Assembly (NCBI GenBank): GCA_038205135.1 | Contig: JBBRCF010000003.1 | Location: forward strand, 1,312-65,311 | Reading direction: 5' to 3' | DNA from: Rhodobacterales bacterium | GTDB lineage: Bacteria; Pseudomonadota; Alphaproteobacteria; Rhodobacterales; Rhodobacteraceae | DNA length: 64,000 nt | Part shown: piece by piece, positions 49,006 through 58,479 of the stretch | How positions within the stretch are numbered: position 1 is the first letter of the stretch | How the letters are laid out: each line of letters begins with the position of its first letter | Notes under the pieces: generated by a model | The model's input: only the letters and a program-made list of their open reading frames with translations | The model's database searches: none | Told to the model about the DNA's origin: nothing | Made by a program: the position numbers and the translations under genes

Positions 49006-50607
49006 ATGTCGAACTACATCAAGCTGGTCGTGCTCGGCTTGGTCGCGCTTCTTGCGATGATCGCGGCCAATTATGGGCGTGACCTGGCTTATCAGGTCAA
49101 CTTCATCACCATCGCCCTCGCGGCGCTGGCGACTTTCGTGTTTGTGCTGCGCCGTACCGGCGAACCGGAGCGCCGTGTGGACGAGACGCAGTACATGGAT
49201 GACGTCATCCGTGCGGGTGTGATCGCCACGTCAGGTTGGGCCGTTGTCGGCTTTCTGGCCGGCACGTTCATCGCGTTCCAACTGGCCTTTCCGCAGCTCA
49301 ATTTCGAATGGGCCGAAGGGTATCTGAACTTTGGCAAGTTGCGCCCGCTGCACACTTCCGCAGTGATTTTTGCCTTTGGCGGCAACGCGTTGATCATGAC
49401 ATCGTTCTACGTCGTTCAACGTACGTCCGCTGCCCGGCTGTGGGGCGGCAACATGGCTTGGTTCGTGTTCTGGGGCTATAACCTGTTCATCGTGTTGGCT
49501 GCGACCGGGTACATTCTGGGCGCCACGCAATCCAAGGAATACGCCGAACCCGAATGGTATGTGGACATCTGGCTGACGGTGGTCTGGCTGGCCTATCTGG
49601 CGGTGTTCATGGGCACGCTGATGAAGCGCCGCGAGCCCCACATCTACGTCGCCAACTGGTTCTACCTGTCGTTCATCCTGACTGTCGCGATGCTGCACGT
49701 GTTCAACAACCTGTCGATCCCGGTGTCGGTGTTCGGGTCGAAATCGGTGCAGGTGTTTTCGGGCGTGCAGGACGCGATGACGCAGTGGTGGTACGGCCAC
49801 AACGCGGTGGGCTTTTTCCTGACCGCCGGTTTCCTTGGCATGATGTATTACTTCATCCCGAAACAGGCCGAACGGCCGGTGTTTTCCTACAAACTGTCGA
49901 TCATCCACTTCTGGGCGCTGATCTTTATCTACATCTGGGCTGGTCCGCACCACCTGCATTATACCGCGCTGCCCGACTGGGCGTCCACGCTGGGCATGGT
50001 GTTCTCGATCGTGCTGTGGATGCCGTCCTGGGGTGGCATGATCAACGGCCTGATGACGCTGGCCGGTGCGTGGGACAAGCTGCGCACCGACCCGATCATC
50101 CGCATGATGGTGATTTCGGTCGGCTTTTACGGCATGTCCACCTTTGAAGGCCCGATGATGTCGATCCGCGCGGTCAACTCGCTGTCGCATTACACCGACT
50201 GGACCATCGGTCACGTGCATTCCGGTGCGCTTGGCTGGAACGGCATGATCACCTTTGGTGCGCTGTACTTCCTGGTGCCGAAACTGTGGAACAAGGCCAG
50301 CCTTTATTCGCTGTCGCTGGTGTCCTGGCACTTCTGGTTGGCGACCATCGGGATCATTCTTTATGCCGCCTCGATGTGGGTCACCGGCATCATGGAAGGC
50401 CTGATGTGGCGTGAAGTGGATGCAAACGGGTTCCTGGTGAACAGTTTCGCCGACACGGTCGCCGCCAAGTTCCCGATGTATGTGGTGCGCGGTCTGGGCG
50501 GGGTCCTGTATCTGACCGGCGGGATCATCATGTGCTACAACCTCTGGATGACTGTTCGGCGCGCACCTGCGGTGCAAGCGGCGAACCAGTTCGTCCCGGC
50601 CGAATAA
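49006..50607 (+). CDS. ccoN: cbb3-type cytochrome c oxidase subunit I
   Basis: 533-aa polytopic haem-copper oxidase (HNAVGFF, HHLHY, GHVHSG). Confidence 0.97.
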   Translation: MSNYIKLVVLGLVALLAMIAANYGRDLAYQVNFITIALAALATFVFVLRRTGEPERRVDETQYMDDVIRAGVIATSGWAVVGFLAGTFIAFQLAFPQLNFEWAEGYLNFGKLRPLHTSAVIFAFGGNALIMTSFYVVQRTSAARLWGGNMAWFVFWGYNLFIVLAATGYILGATQSKEYAEPEWYVDIWLTVVWLAYLAVFMGTLMKRREPHIYVANWFYLSFILTVAMLHVFNNLSIPVSVFGSKSVQVFSGVQDAMTQWWYGHNAVGFFLTAGFLGMMYYFIPKQAERPVFSYKLSIIHFWALIFIYIWAGPHHLHYTALPDWASTLGMVFSIVLWMPSWGGMINGLMTLAGAWDKLRTDPIIRMMVISVGFYGMSTFEGPMMSIRAVNSLSHYTDWTIGHVHSGALGWNGMITFGALYFLVPKLWNKASLYSLSLVSWHFWLATIGIILYAASMWVTGIMEGLMWREVDANGFLVNSFADTVAAKFPMYVVRGLGGVLYLTGGIIMCYNLWMTVRRAPAVQAANQFVPAE

Positions 50608-50619
50608 GGAGCGCGGACA

Positions 50620-51348
50620 ATGGCAATTCTCGACAAACACGCCGTTCTGGAAAAGAACGTCACTCTGCTGGCCATCTTCGCCTTTCTTGTGGTGACCATC
50701 GGCGGGATCGTACAGATCGCGCCCCTGTTCTGGCTGGAAAACACGATCGAGGACGTCGAGGGGATGCGTCCCTACACGCCGCTCGAATTGGCGGGCCGGG
50801 ACATCTACATCCGTGAAGGTTGTTACGTCTGTCACAGCCAGATGATCCGTCCGATGCGCGACGAGGTAGAACGCTACGGCCACTACTCGCTGGCCGCGGA
50901 GTCAAAATACGACCATCCGTTCCAATGGGGATCGAAACGTACCGGGCCGGATCTGGCCCGTGTCGGCGGGCGTTATTCGGATGACTGGCACGTCGATCAC
51001 CTGCGTGACCCGCAATCGGTGGTGCCGGAATCCGTGATGCCAAAATACGGCTTTCTGGAAAACCGCATCCTCGATGGCGAATACATCGAAGACACGCTGC
51101 GCACGCACCGCTTTGTCGGCGTCCCATATTCCGACGAAATGATCGAAAACGGCCAGGCCGATTTCAAGGCGCAGATCGACCCCGATGGTGACACTGACGG
51201 GCTGATCGCACGCTACGGTGACAAGGTGCAGATCCGCAATTTCGATGGCCAGCCGGGTATTTCAGAGGCTGACGCCCTGATTGCCTATCTGCAGATGCTG
51301 GGCACACTGGTCGATTTTTCAACCTTCACACCTGACGCAAGCCGGTAA
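50620..51348 (+). CDS. ccoO: cbb3-type cytochrome c oxidase subunit II (monohaem)
   Basis: CYVCH haem motif and a conserved FixO sequence. Confidence 0.96.
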   Translation: MAILDKHAVLEKNVTLLAIFAFLVVTIGGIVQIAPLFWLENTIEDVEGMRPYTPLELAGRDIYIREGCYVCHSQMIRPMRDEVERYGHYSLAAESKYDHPFQWGSKRTGPDLARVGGRYSDDWHVDHLRDPQSVVPESVMPKYGFLENRILDGEYIEDTLRTHRFVGVPYSDEMIENGQADFKAQIDPDGDTDGLIARYGDKVQIRNFDGQPGISEADALIAYLQMLGTLVDFSTFTPDASR

Positions 51349-51357
51349 GGGGACATC

Positions 51358-51549
51358 ATGGAAACCTACACATTCCTGCGCCAGTTCGCCGATAGCTGGA
51401 TGCTGCTGGCCCTGTTCGCCTTCTTTGTCGGGATGATCATCTGGGTCCTGCGGCCCGGATCGACAAAGATCTATCGCGACGTGGCAGAAATCCCGTTCCG
51501 CCATGAAGACAAGCCCGCGCCGCCCGCGCGCGACAGACAGGAGGTCTGA
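51358..51549 (+). CDS. ccoQ: cbb3-type oxidase small subunit CcoQ
   Basis: 63-aa single-TM protein in the canonical position. Confidence 0.85.
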   Translation: METYTFLRQFADSWMLLALFAFFVGMIIWVLRPGSTKIYRDVAEIPFRHEDKPAPPARDRQEV

Positions 51550-51552
51550 GCG

Positions 51553-52449
51553 ATGGCCCAGAAACCTATGAAGAAAACCACCAAGAAAGACGATGTTTCC
51601 ACCACAGGACACTCCTGGGATGGCATCGAGGAACTGAACAATCCGCTGCCGCGCTGGTGGTTGTGGACGTTCTATGCCTGCATCGTCTGGGCGGTCCTGT
51701 ATACGATCGCCTATCCGGCGTGGCCGGGCCTCAAGGCGGCTACACCGGGCCTGCTCGGGTTTTCCACCCGCGCACTGGTCGTCGAAGAAATCGCCGTCGT
51801 TCAAGCCAAACTGGCACCGATCAACGAGAAACTGGTGTCAACCGACCTGACCCTGATCTCGGCAGACCCGGAATTGCAGGGCTACGCGATCTCGGCCGGC
51901 GCGGCGGTATTTCGCAACCAGTGTGCGCAATGCCATGGCTCGGGCGCTGCGGGGGCGACGGGCTATCCCAACCTGCTGGACAACGACTGGCTGTGGGGCG
52001 GCGATATCGAAGCGATCCACTACACCGTGACCCACGGTATCCGGAACGAAAACAGTGACGAGGCCCGCCTGTCGCAAATGCCTGCCTTTGGCGTCGACGA
52101 GCTGCTGGAAACTCCGCAGATCGAGGCGGTGGTGAACTATGTGATGTCGCTGTCGGGCGCTCCGCAGGATGCCACCAAGGTCGAAGAAGGCGCGGTGGTT
52201 TATGCTGAGAACTGCGCATCCTGCCATGGCGAACAGGCCGAGGGTAACCGCGATCTGGGCGCTCCGGCGCTGAACGATGCGATCTGGCTTTATGGTGGAA
52301 ACTATGCCGCGCTGATGGACTCCGTGATCAACGCCCGTGCGGGTGTCATGCCGGCCCAAAGCGAGGTGTACCGTTCGGCCCAGGGCCTGACCGAATATGA
52401 AATCCGCGCGGTGTCCACTTATGTTCATTCGCTGGGCGGCGGCGAATAA
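51553..52449 (+). CDS. ccoP: cbb3-type cytochrome c oxidase subunit III (dihaem)
   Basis: Two CxxCH motifs (CAQCH, CASCH) and an N-terminal TM. Confidence 0.95.
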   Translation: MAQKPMKKTTKKDDVSTTGHSWDGIEELNNPLPRWWLWTFYACIVWAVLYTIAYPAWPGLKAATPGLLGFSTRALVVEEIAVVQAKLAPINEKLVSTDLTLISADPELQGYAISAGAAVFRNQCAQCHGSGAAGATGYPNLLDNDWLWGGDIEAIHYTVTHGIRNENSDEARLSQMPAFGVDELLETPQIEAVVNYVMSLSGAPQDATKVEEGAVVYAENCASCHGEQAEGNRDLGAPALNDAIWLYGGNYAALMDSVINARAGVMPAQSEVYRSAQGLTEYEIRAVSTYVHSLGGGE

Positions 52450-52472
52450 CAGCACGACGCATGATGATGGCT

Positions 52473-52508
52473 GGCCCGTTCCCGAAAGGGGGCGGGCCGC
52501 TTGTTTGT
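52473..52508 (+). terminator. Rho-independent terminator after ccoP
   Basis: GGCCCGUUCCC-GAAA-GGGGGCGGGCC (11 bp including two G-U pairs, GNRA loop) followed by GCTTGTTTGT. Confidence 0.7.
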
Positions 52509-52575
52509 GACTTCTGTTGTGGGCGACCACAGCCCCTGCGGCAAATTGACAGTCCGATCAAACTGCCGGTCCGGT

Positions 52576-52589
52576 TTGACACAGGTCAA
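52576..52589. promoter_or_regulatory. FNR-type dyad TTGACACAGGTCAA in the ccoP-LLM spacer
   Basis: Perfect inverted repeat with a TTGA-N6-TCAA core and the same ACAG spacer as the ccoN and ccoG boxes. It lies 227 bp upstream of the LLM ATG. Confidence 0.6.
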
Positions 52590-52690
52590 GGCCGGCATGC
52601 CGCTCAATCGGCGATCCTGACATTACAGACCCTGCCGGCCGAATCGCTTGGCTGGGGTCAACGAAATCCGGGGGTGGCAACATCACCGGA

Positions 52691-52745
52691 GGGTGTCGGT
52701 CTTTCGTCCTGTTCGCGCGTTTCCTGAAAGGCCGGCACCCCTTTT
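52691..52745 (+). terminator. 15-bp terminator-like hairpin plus a U tract, inside the ccoP-LLM spacer
   Basis: 52691-52705 pairs with 52726-52740 (13 Watson-Crick and 2 G-U pairs) around a 20-nt loop, followed by CTTTTCGCC. Confidence 0.5.
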
Positions 52746-52815
52746 CGCCTTGCTATCGACCGGGGCACCCGTTTGCGCTACCCTTGCGGGACAGCCGGAA
52801 AAAGGGCGTTGGCGC

Positions 52816-53820
52816 ATGCAGCATATTTCCATCCTCGATCTGGCGCCGATCCCCGTAGGCGGCACCGCCGCTGATGCGCTGCGCAACACCGCCGCGCTGG
52901 CGCAGGCCGCCGAGGCGGCGGGATATCACCGGTTCTGGCTGGCGGAACATCACAACATGCCGGGCATCGCCTGTTCGGCCACTGCGGTGGTCATCGGCCA
53001 TGTGGCAGCGGCCACGCGAACCATCCGGGTGGGGTCGGGCGGGATCATGTTGCCAAACCACGCGCCGCTGGTCGTGGCGGAACAGTTCGGCACGCTGGCG
53101 ACGCTGTTTCCGGGGCGGATCGATCTGGGGCTTGGCCGTGCGCCCGGCACGGACGGCGCCACGGCGCGGGCGTTGTGGCGGCACCGCATCCCGGACGACA
53201 CGTTTCCGCAGGATGTGATGGACCTGACCGCCTATCTGAACGAGACGAACCCGGATGCGCCGGTGCGCGCCATCCCCGGCATGGGCACCGGTGTGCCGAT
53301 CTGGATCTTGGGGTCATCGCTGTATGGGGCACAACTGGCAGCCTATCTGGGGCTGCCGTATGCGTTTGCGTCGCATTTTGCGCCTGATGCGCTGGCGGAT
53401 GCGCTGGCCACCTACCGGGCGACATTCCGCCCGTCGCGATTTCTGGACCGGCCGCATGCGATGATGGCGGCAGGGGCGTTCGTGGCCGATACCGATGCGC
53501 AGGCGCATTATCTGCGGTCGTCGCAAATGCTGGCCTTTGCCCGGCTGCGGTCGGGGCGGCCCGGCCCCTTGCCGCGTCCGACGCAGGATCTGTCCGAGAT
53601 TTCGCCGGCCCTGCGGGCGGGCGTCGATCACGCGCTGTCGGTATCCGTCACTGGCAGTCCGGCCACCGCGCGGGCCCAACTGGCCGCGTTGATCGCCCGC
53701 TATCAGCCCGACGAGATGATCTTTGCCGGCGCGATCCATGATCCGGACGCGCGCATCCGGTCTGTCACACTGCTGGCCGATCTGGTGCAGGACCTGCAAC
53801 GCCGGCCATCAGCCGCCTGA
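52816..53820 (+). CDS. LLM-class (luciferase-like) flavin-dependent oxidoreductase, YhbW-like
   Basis: [13 protein letters not shown]...[15 protein letters not shown] is the typical family N-terminus. The upstream in-frame extension was rejected. Confidence 0.88.
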   Translation: MQHISILDLAPIPVGGTAADALRNTAALAQAAEAAGYHRFWLAEHHNMPGIACSATAVVIGHVAAATRTIRVGSGGIMLPNHAPLVVAEQFGTLATLFPGRIDLGLGRAPGTDGATARALWRHRIPDDTFPQDVMDLTAYLNETNPDAPVRAIPGMGTGVPIWILGSSLYGAQLAAYLGLPYAFASHFAPDALADALATYRATFRPSRFLDRPHAMMAAGAFVADTDAQAHYLRSSQMLAFARLRSGRPGPLPRPTQDLSEISPALRAGVDHALSVSVTGSPATARAQLAALIARYQPDEMIFAGAIHDPDARIRSVTLLADLVQDLQRRPSAA

Positions 53821-53884
53821 TCGGCGCGACCTCTGCGACCAGACGCCGCGATGGTGCGCATAACATGTCCGACAGATACCGAAT

Positions 53885-53898
53885 TTGATACAGGTCAA
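53885..53898. promoter_or_regulatory. FNR/FnrL box TTGATACAGGTCAA upstream of ccoG
   Basis: 9 of 10 consensus matches. Its centre is about 71 bp upstream of the ccoG GTG, with TAGGGT/TAGGAC -10-like hexamers at the expected distance. Confidence 0.8.
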
Positions 53899-53962
53899 GG
53901 CCGCGGTCCGGTTGCTGACGCATCTAGGGTAGGACTGAACCGATTATCCGGAGTAACTCCCC

Positions 53963-55408
53963 GTGTCAGAGTCGACCCCCGAAGCGCCGCCTTCGCTATA
54001 CGCTGCGCGCGAACCGATCTTCCCGCGTCGCGTGTCGGGAAAGTTTCGTAACCTCAAGTGGATCATCATGATCGTCACCTTGGGCATCTATTACGTGACG
54101 CCGTGGATTCGCTGGGACCGGGGGCCATCGCTGCCCGATCAGGCGGTGCTGATCGATCTGGGCGGGCGGCGGTTCTTTTTCTTCATGATCGAGATCTGGC
54201 CGCATGAATTCTATTTCATCGCCGGGCTGCTGGTCATGGCCGGGCTGGGGTTGTTCCTGTTCACTTCGGCGCTGGGGCGGGTGTGGTGTGGCTATGCCTG
54301 TCCGCAAACGGTCTGGACCGACCTGTATATTCTGGTGGAACGATGGGTCGAAGGTGACCGCAACGCCCGTATCCGCTTGCACCGGCAAGGCTGGAACATG
54401 GAAAAGGCGCGCAAGCGCATGACAAAGTGGGTGGCGTGGTTGTTGATCGGTCTGGCGACGGGCGGGGCGTGGGTGTTCTATTTCACCGATGCGCCGACCC
54501 TGCTGCGCGATCTGTTCACGGGGCAGGCCCATCCCGTGGCCTATACGACCATGCTGGTGCTGACGCTGACCACGTTCGTGTTCGGCGGGTTCGCCCGCGA
54601 ACAGATCTGCATCTATGCCTGCCCGTGGCCGCGCATACAGGCCGCCATGCTGGACGAGGACAGTCTGGTCGTGGGGTATCGCGATTGGCGCGGTGAACCC
54701 CGTGGCAAGGCGCAAAAAGGGGCCCCGGCGGATGCGACCGCACCAGTGCAGGGCGATTGCATCGACTGCATGGCCTGCGTCAACGTCTGCCCGGTAGGGA
54801 TCGACATCCGCAATGGCCAGCAGTTGGAATGCATCACCTGCGCGCTGTGCATCGACGCCTGCGATGACGTGATGGCCAGGATCGGCAAGCCGCGCGGCCT
54901 GATCGACTACATGGCCCTGACCGACGAGGTGCGTGAACGCGCCGGCCAGCCGCCGAAACCGATCTGGCAGCATATCTTTCGCGCGCGCACGATCCTTTAC
55001 ACCGCGCTGTGGTCGCTTGTGGGGGTCGGGCTGATTGTCGCGCTGTTCCTGCGGTCGGACTTTGACATCAGCGTGGCCCCGGTGCGCAACCCCACGTTCG
55101 TGACCCTGAAAGACGGGTCGATCCGCAATACCTATGACCTGCGCATCCGCAACAAACACGCCGACGCCCGCGAATTCCGCGTGGCGGTGACGGGCACAGA
55201 CGCGCTGATCGTGACGCTGGAACGGTCGGAAACCGATGTGGTGACAGTTCCTGCGGATGAATTGCTGATCCAGCGGGTTTATCTGACCGCGCCGAACGGC
55301 ACCCCCGCCGCCACTTTGGAACGCAGCGAAATCCGCATGTGGGTCGAAGACGTGGCGGGGCAGGAACGCGCCTACAAGGACACCTTGTTCAACGGAAGGA
55401 CCAACTGA
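53963..55408 (+). CDS. ccoG: cbb3 oxidase accessory protein CcoG/RdxB (membrane 4Fe-4S ferredoxin)
   Basis: Two ferredoxin Cys clusters (CIDCMACVNVCP, CITCALCIDAC) plus TM helices. GTG start after GGAG. Confidence 0.93.
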   Translation: MSESTPEAPPSLYAAREPIFPRRVSGKFRNLKWIIMIVTLGIYYVTPWIRWDRGPSLPDQAVLIDLGGRRFFFFMIEIWPHEFYFIAGLLVMAGLGLFLFTSALGRVWCGYACPQTVWTDLYILVERWVEGDRNARIRLHRQGWNMEKARKRMTKWVAWLLIGLATGGAWVFYFTDAPTLLRDLFTGQAHPVAYTTMLVLTLTTFVFGGFAREQICIYACPWPRIQAAMLDEDSLVVGYRDWRGEPRGKAQKGAPADATAPVQGDCIDCMACVNVCPVGIDIRNGQQLECITCALCIDACDDVMARIGKPRGLIDYMALTDEVRERAGQPPKPIWQHIFRARTILYTALWSLVGVGLIVALFLRSDFDISVAPVRNPTFVTLKDGSIRNTYDLRIRNKHADAREFRVAVTGTDALIVTLERSETDVVTVPADELLIQRVYLTAPNGTPAATLERSEIRMWVEDVAGQERAYKDTLFNGRTN

Positions 55409-56100
55409 TGGAACGGGCTATTGACGGCAAGAGTGCCGGTTACTTTGCGCTGCTGCTGGTGGCGGGCATGGTGCTCAGCATCGGGGGGGCGGTTCTGGGG
55501 GCGACAGCGGGTAACGCCCTGTTCCGGTTCGGGGCCGGATTAGGGCTGCAGGTTGCGCCGTATTTCTATCAGTTCTTTCCCTTCATTGGGGGGCTGATGG
55601 GCTGGTTGTTCGGCGGCATTCTGGTGATCCGCTTGTCGGTGCGCCATCTGGGGCAGTTCGTCGGTGGCCATGCGGCAGTGTCGTTCCTGATGTTTTTCCT
55701 GCCGATCATCGCCGCGAACCTGTTGCTGGCGACCAATGCGGTCAGCACATTTCCGGGTCTGGTGGTCAAGAACGGCTATATCGCCAGTCAGGAATTCGAC
55801 AAACGCAAGGCGGCCCAGAATGCGTTGGGGTGGACCGTGACCGTGGTGCACGGGGCAGGCAACCTGCGGCTGGAGGTGACGGATGGACAGGGCAATCCGG
55901 TCGAGGCAGCCAGCCTGAACGCCACCGTCGGACGCGCCACCACACAGGCGCAGGATATCAGCCCGGCCTGGGCCTATGACGGAACGGCCTATGTCGCGCC
56001 GGTCACGCTGACGCCCGGCAACTGGCAGGTGCGACTGAAGGCAAGCGCTGCAGACGGAACCCTGTTCGAACAGACCCGGGAAATATTCATCAAGGGATAA
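55408..56100 (+). CDS. ccoH: FixH/CcoH family protein with an approximately 77-aa hydrophobic N-terminal extension
   Basis: The C-terminal approximately 150 aa match FixH (TFPGLVVKNGY...). The ATG overlaps the ccoG stop (TGATG). An in-frame GTG at 55639 would give a canonical-length protein. Confidence 0.78.
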   Translation: MERAIDGKSAGYFALLLVAGMVLSIGGAVLGATAGNALFRFGAGLGLQVAPYFYQFFPFIGGLMGWLFGGILVIRLSVRHLGQFVGGHAAVSFLMFFLPIIAANLLLATNAVSTFPGLVVKNGYIASQEFDKRKAAQNALGWTVTVVHGAGNLRLEVTDGQGNPVEAASLNATVGRATTQAQDISPAWAYDGTAYVAPVTLTPGNWQVRLKASAADGTLFEQTREIFIKG

Positions 56101-56106
56101 GGCCAT

Positions 56107-58293
56107 ATGACCGCCGAATTTCGCCCCGCAATTTCCGCCTGTCCTGCCTGCGTCGTCGCGCCGTCGGCCGAGGATATGGCATCCCGTGCCCTGCCACAGA
56201 CGACCCGTATCGCGCTGTCAGTGCCGGGTGTGCATTGCGGCGCCTGCATTTCCACATTGGAACGCGGGCTGGCGCAGGTGCCGGGGGTCAACGATGTGCG
56301 GGTGAACCTGACGCTGAAACGCGTGATGATCGACGCAGCGCCCCATGTCAGATCTGAAGACATAACCGCTGCCGCGCATCGTCTGGGTTACGAGGCCTAT
56401 GAACTGGACGCGGGCACCCTGATGGCCACCACGCAGGACAAGGCGGGACGTGACCTGCTGATGCGGCTGGCGGTTGCCGGGTTTGCCTCGATGAACGTCA
56501 TGCTGTTGTCGGTATCGGTCTGGTCCGGGGCGGACGGCGCGACGCGCGACCTGTTCCACTGGATTTCCGCTGCCATCGCCTTTCCGGCCATCGCGTTTTC
56601 CGGCCAGCCGTTTCTGGCCAACGCAATGGTCGCATGGCGCACCAAACGGCTGAACATGGATGTGCCGATCGTGATGGCGATCGTGCTGGCGCTGGCCACG
56701 TCGTTGTCGGAAACCATCCAGTCCGGGCATCACGCCTATTTCGACGCCGCGCTGACGCTGGTGTTTTTCCTGCTGGCGGGGCGGTACCTGGATTATCGCA
56801 CGCGGGCCATTGCCCGGTCCGCCGCGCAGGAACTGGCCGCGCTGGAAGTGCCGCGCGCCGTTCGTCTGACGGATGGACAGGAACAGACGGTTTCAGTGTC
56901 GGAATTGCGGGTCGGCGACCTGATTTTGGTGCGGCCCGGCGGGCGGATGCCGGTGGACGGTGAAATCGTGACCGGCACTTCCGAGATTGACCGGTCGCTG
57001 CTGACCGGCGAATCGCGGCCGGTTTTTGCTGCCCCCGGACAGGTGGTCAGCGCCGGCGAGGTCAATCTGACCGGGCCACTGACCCTGCGCGCGATCGCCG
57101 TGGGGCAGGATACGTCGCTGCACCGCATCGCCGATCTGGTCGCGATCGCCGAATCGGGGCGGTCGCGCTACACCTCGCTGGCCGATATGGCGGCGCGGCT
57201 TTATGCGCCGATGGTGCATCTGTTTGCCGCCGTCGCGTTTGCCGGCTGGTACTTTGCCACACAGGACGCCCGGCTGTCGCTGAACATCGCGGCTGCGGTA
57301 CTGATCATCACCTGCCCGTGCGCGCTGGCGCTGGCGGTGCCGGCAGTGACCACGGCGGCATCGGGCCGGCTGTTCAAACGCGGGTTGTTGATCAAGGATG
57401 CCACCGCGCTGGAACGGCTGGCGCAGGTCGATACCGTGGTGTTCGACAAGACCGGCACACTGACCGCCGGTGTGCCCGAGGTGGGCGATCTGTCCCATCT
57501 GGGCACCCGCGATCTGACGCTTGCCCTCGCGCTGGCCACAGCGTCAGCGCATCCGCTGAGTGCGGCCCTGCGGCAGGCACTGATGGCGCGTGGCATCACG
57601 CCGGCAGTGGTTGACGACATCCACGAGGTGCCTGGTTTTGGCACCGAGGGGCAATGGCAGGGCCGCCGCGTCCGGCTGGGTCGTGCGCAATGGGTCGGCG
57701 CGGACGCCACTTCTGCCACCGCCGCGTGGCTGTCCGTTGTGGGCGAACCGCCGGTAGAGATCACCTTTACCGACCGTCTGCGCCCCGGTGCCGCCGAAGC
57801 GGTCGCGGCGTTGAAGGCGTCGGGACGGCAGGTCATCATGATGTCGGGCGACAGCACCGGCGCGGTCGAAGATCTGGCGAAGCGGCTGGGCATTGCACAA
57901 TGGCTGGCCGAGGCGCTGCCCGGTGACAAGGCCGCGCGCATCACCGCGCTGCAAAATCAGGGCAAGCGCGTGCTGATGGTTGGTGACGGGTTGAACGACA
58001 CCGCCGCGCTGACCTGCGCGCATGCCTCGATTTCGCCTGCTTCAGCGCTGGATGCGGCGCGGGTTGCGTCCGATATCGTGCTGCTGGGGACCGATCTGTC
58101 GCCAATCGCCGAAGCGATCCACACCGCCGAAATGGCCACGCGCCGCATCAAGCAGAATTTCGCTCTGGCCAAGGTCTATAACCTTGTTGCGGTTCCGCTG
58201 GCCGTCGCGGGTCTGTGTTCGCCGCTGATTGCCGCATTGGCGATGTCATCGTCATCGATTATTGTATCACTTAATGCACTGCGATTGAGGTAA
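56107..58293 (+). CDS. ccoI: Copper-translocating P1B-type ATPase CcoI/FixI
   Basis: N-terminal HMA (GVHCGAC), CPC, DKTGTLT and GDGLND motifs. Confidence 0.93.
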   Translation: MTAEFRPAISACPACVVAPSAEDMASRALPQTTRIALSVPGVHCGACISTLERGLAQVPGVNDVRVNLTLKRVMIDAAPHVRSEDITAAAHRLGYEAYELDAGTLMATTQDKAGRDLLMRLAVAGFASMNVMLLSVSVWSGADGATRDLFHWISAAIAFPAIAFSGQPFLANAMVAWRTKRLNMDVPIVMAIVLALATSLSETIQSGHHAYFDAALTLVFFLLAGRYLDYRTRAIARSAAQELAALEVPRAVRLTDGQEQTVSVSELRVGDLILVRPGGRMPVDGEIVTGTSEIDRSLLTGESRPVFAAPGQVVSAGEVNLTGPLTLRAIAVGQDTSLHRIADLVAIAESGRSRYTSLADMAARLYAPMVHLFAAVAFAGWYFATQDARLSLNIAAAVLIITCPCALALAVPAVTTAASGRLFKRGLLIKDATALERLAQVDTVVFDKTGTLTAGVPEVGDLSHLGTRDLTLALALATASAHPLSAALRQALMARGITPAVVDDIHEVPGFGTEGQWQGRRVRLGRAQWVGADATSATAAWLSVVGEPPVEITFTDRLRPGAAEAVAALKASGRQVIMMSGDSTGAVEDLAKRLGIAQWLAEALPGDKAARITALQNQGKRVLMVGDGLNDTAALTCAHASISPASALDAARVASDIVLLGTDLSPIAEAIHTAEMATRRIKQNFALAKVYNLVAVPLAVAGLCSPLIAALAMSSSSIIVSLNALRLR

Positions 58294-58297
58294 CCCG

Positions 58298-58456
58298 ATG
58301 AGCGTTCTGAGCTATCTGATTCCGATATCGCTGGTGCTGGGGACGGCTGGGTTGCTGTTCTTTGTCTTTACGGTGCGCACGAACCAGTATGACGACCCCG
58401 AAGGCGACGCGCAGCGCATCCTGAACAAGGATTACGACGACCGGCCCAAACCCTGA
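58298..58456 (+). CDS. ccoS: cbb3 oxidase maturation protein CcoS/FixS
   Basis: 52-aa ORF, MSVLSYLIPISLVLGTAGLLFFVFTVRTNQYDDPEGDAQRIL..., below the ORF-track cutoff and in the canonical position after ccoI. Confidence 0.8.
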   Translation: MSVLSYLIPISLVLGTAGLLFFVFTVRTNQYDDPEGDAQRILNKDYDDRPKP

Positions 58457-58479
58457 AGCCGTGCCGCTGATCGCCGGGT

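Noticed and set aside
49231-50883. 550-aa ORF antisense to ccoN/ccoO
   Set aside because: Same high-GC antisense artefact. ccoN and ccoO are unambiguous on the plus strand.
52546-52561. TTGAC-N6-ATCAA dyad 30 bp upstream of the orphan FNR box
   Set aside because: The half-sites are good, but the spacing is two bp longer than the canonical TTGAT-N4-ATCAA, so it is not a standard FNR site. It might be relevant if the region is studied.
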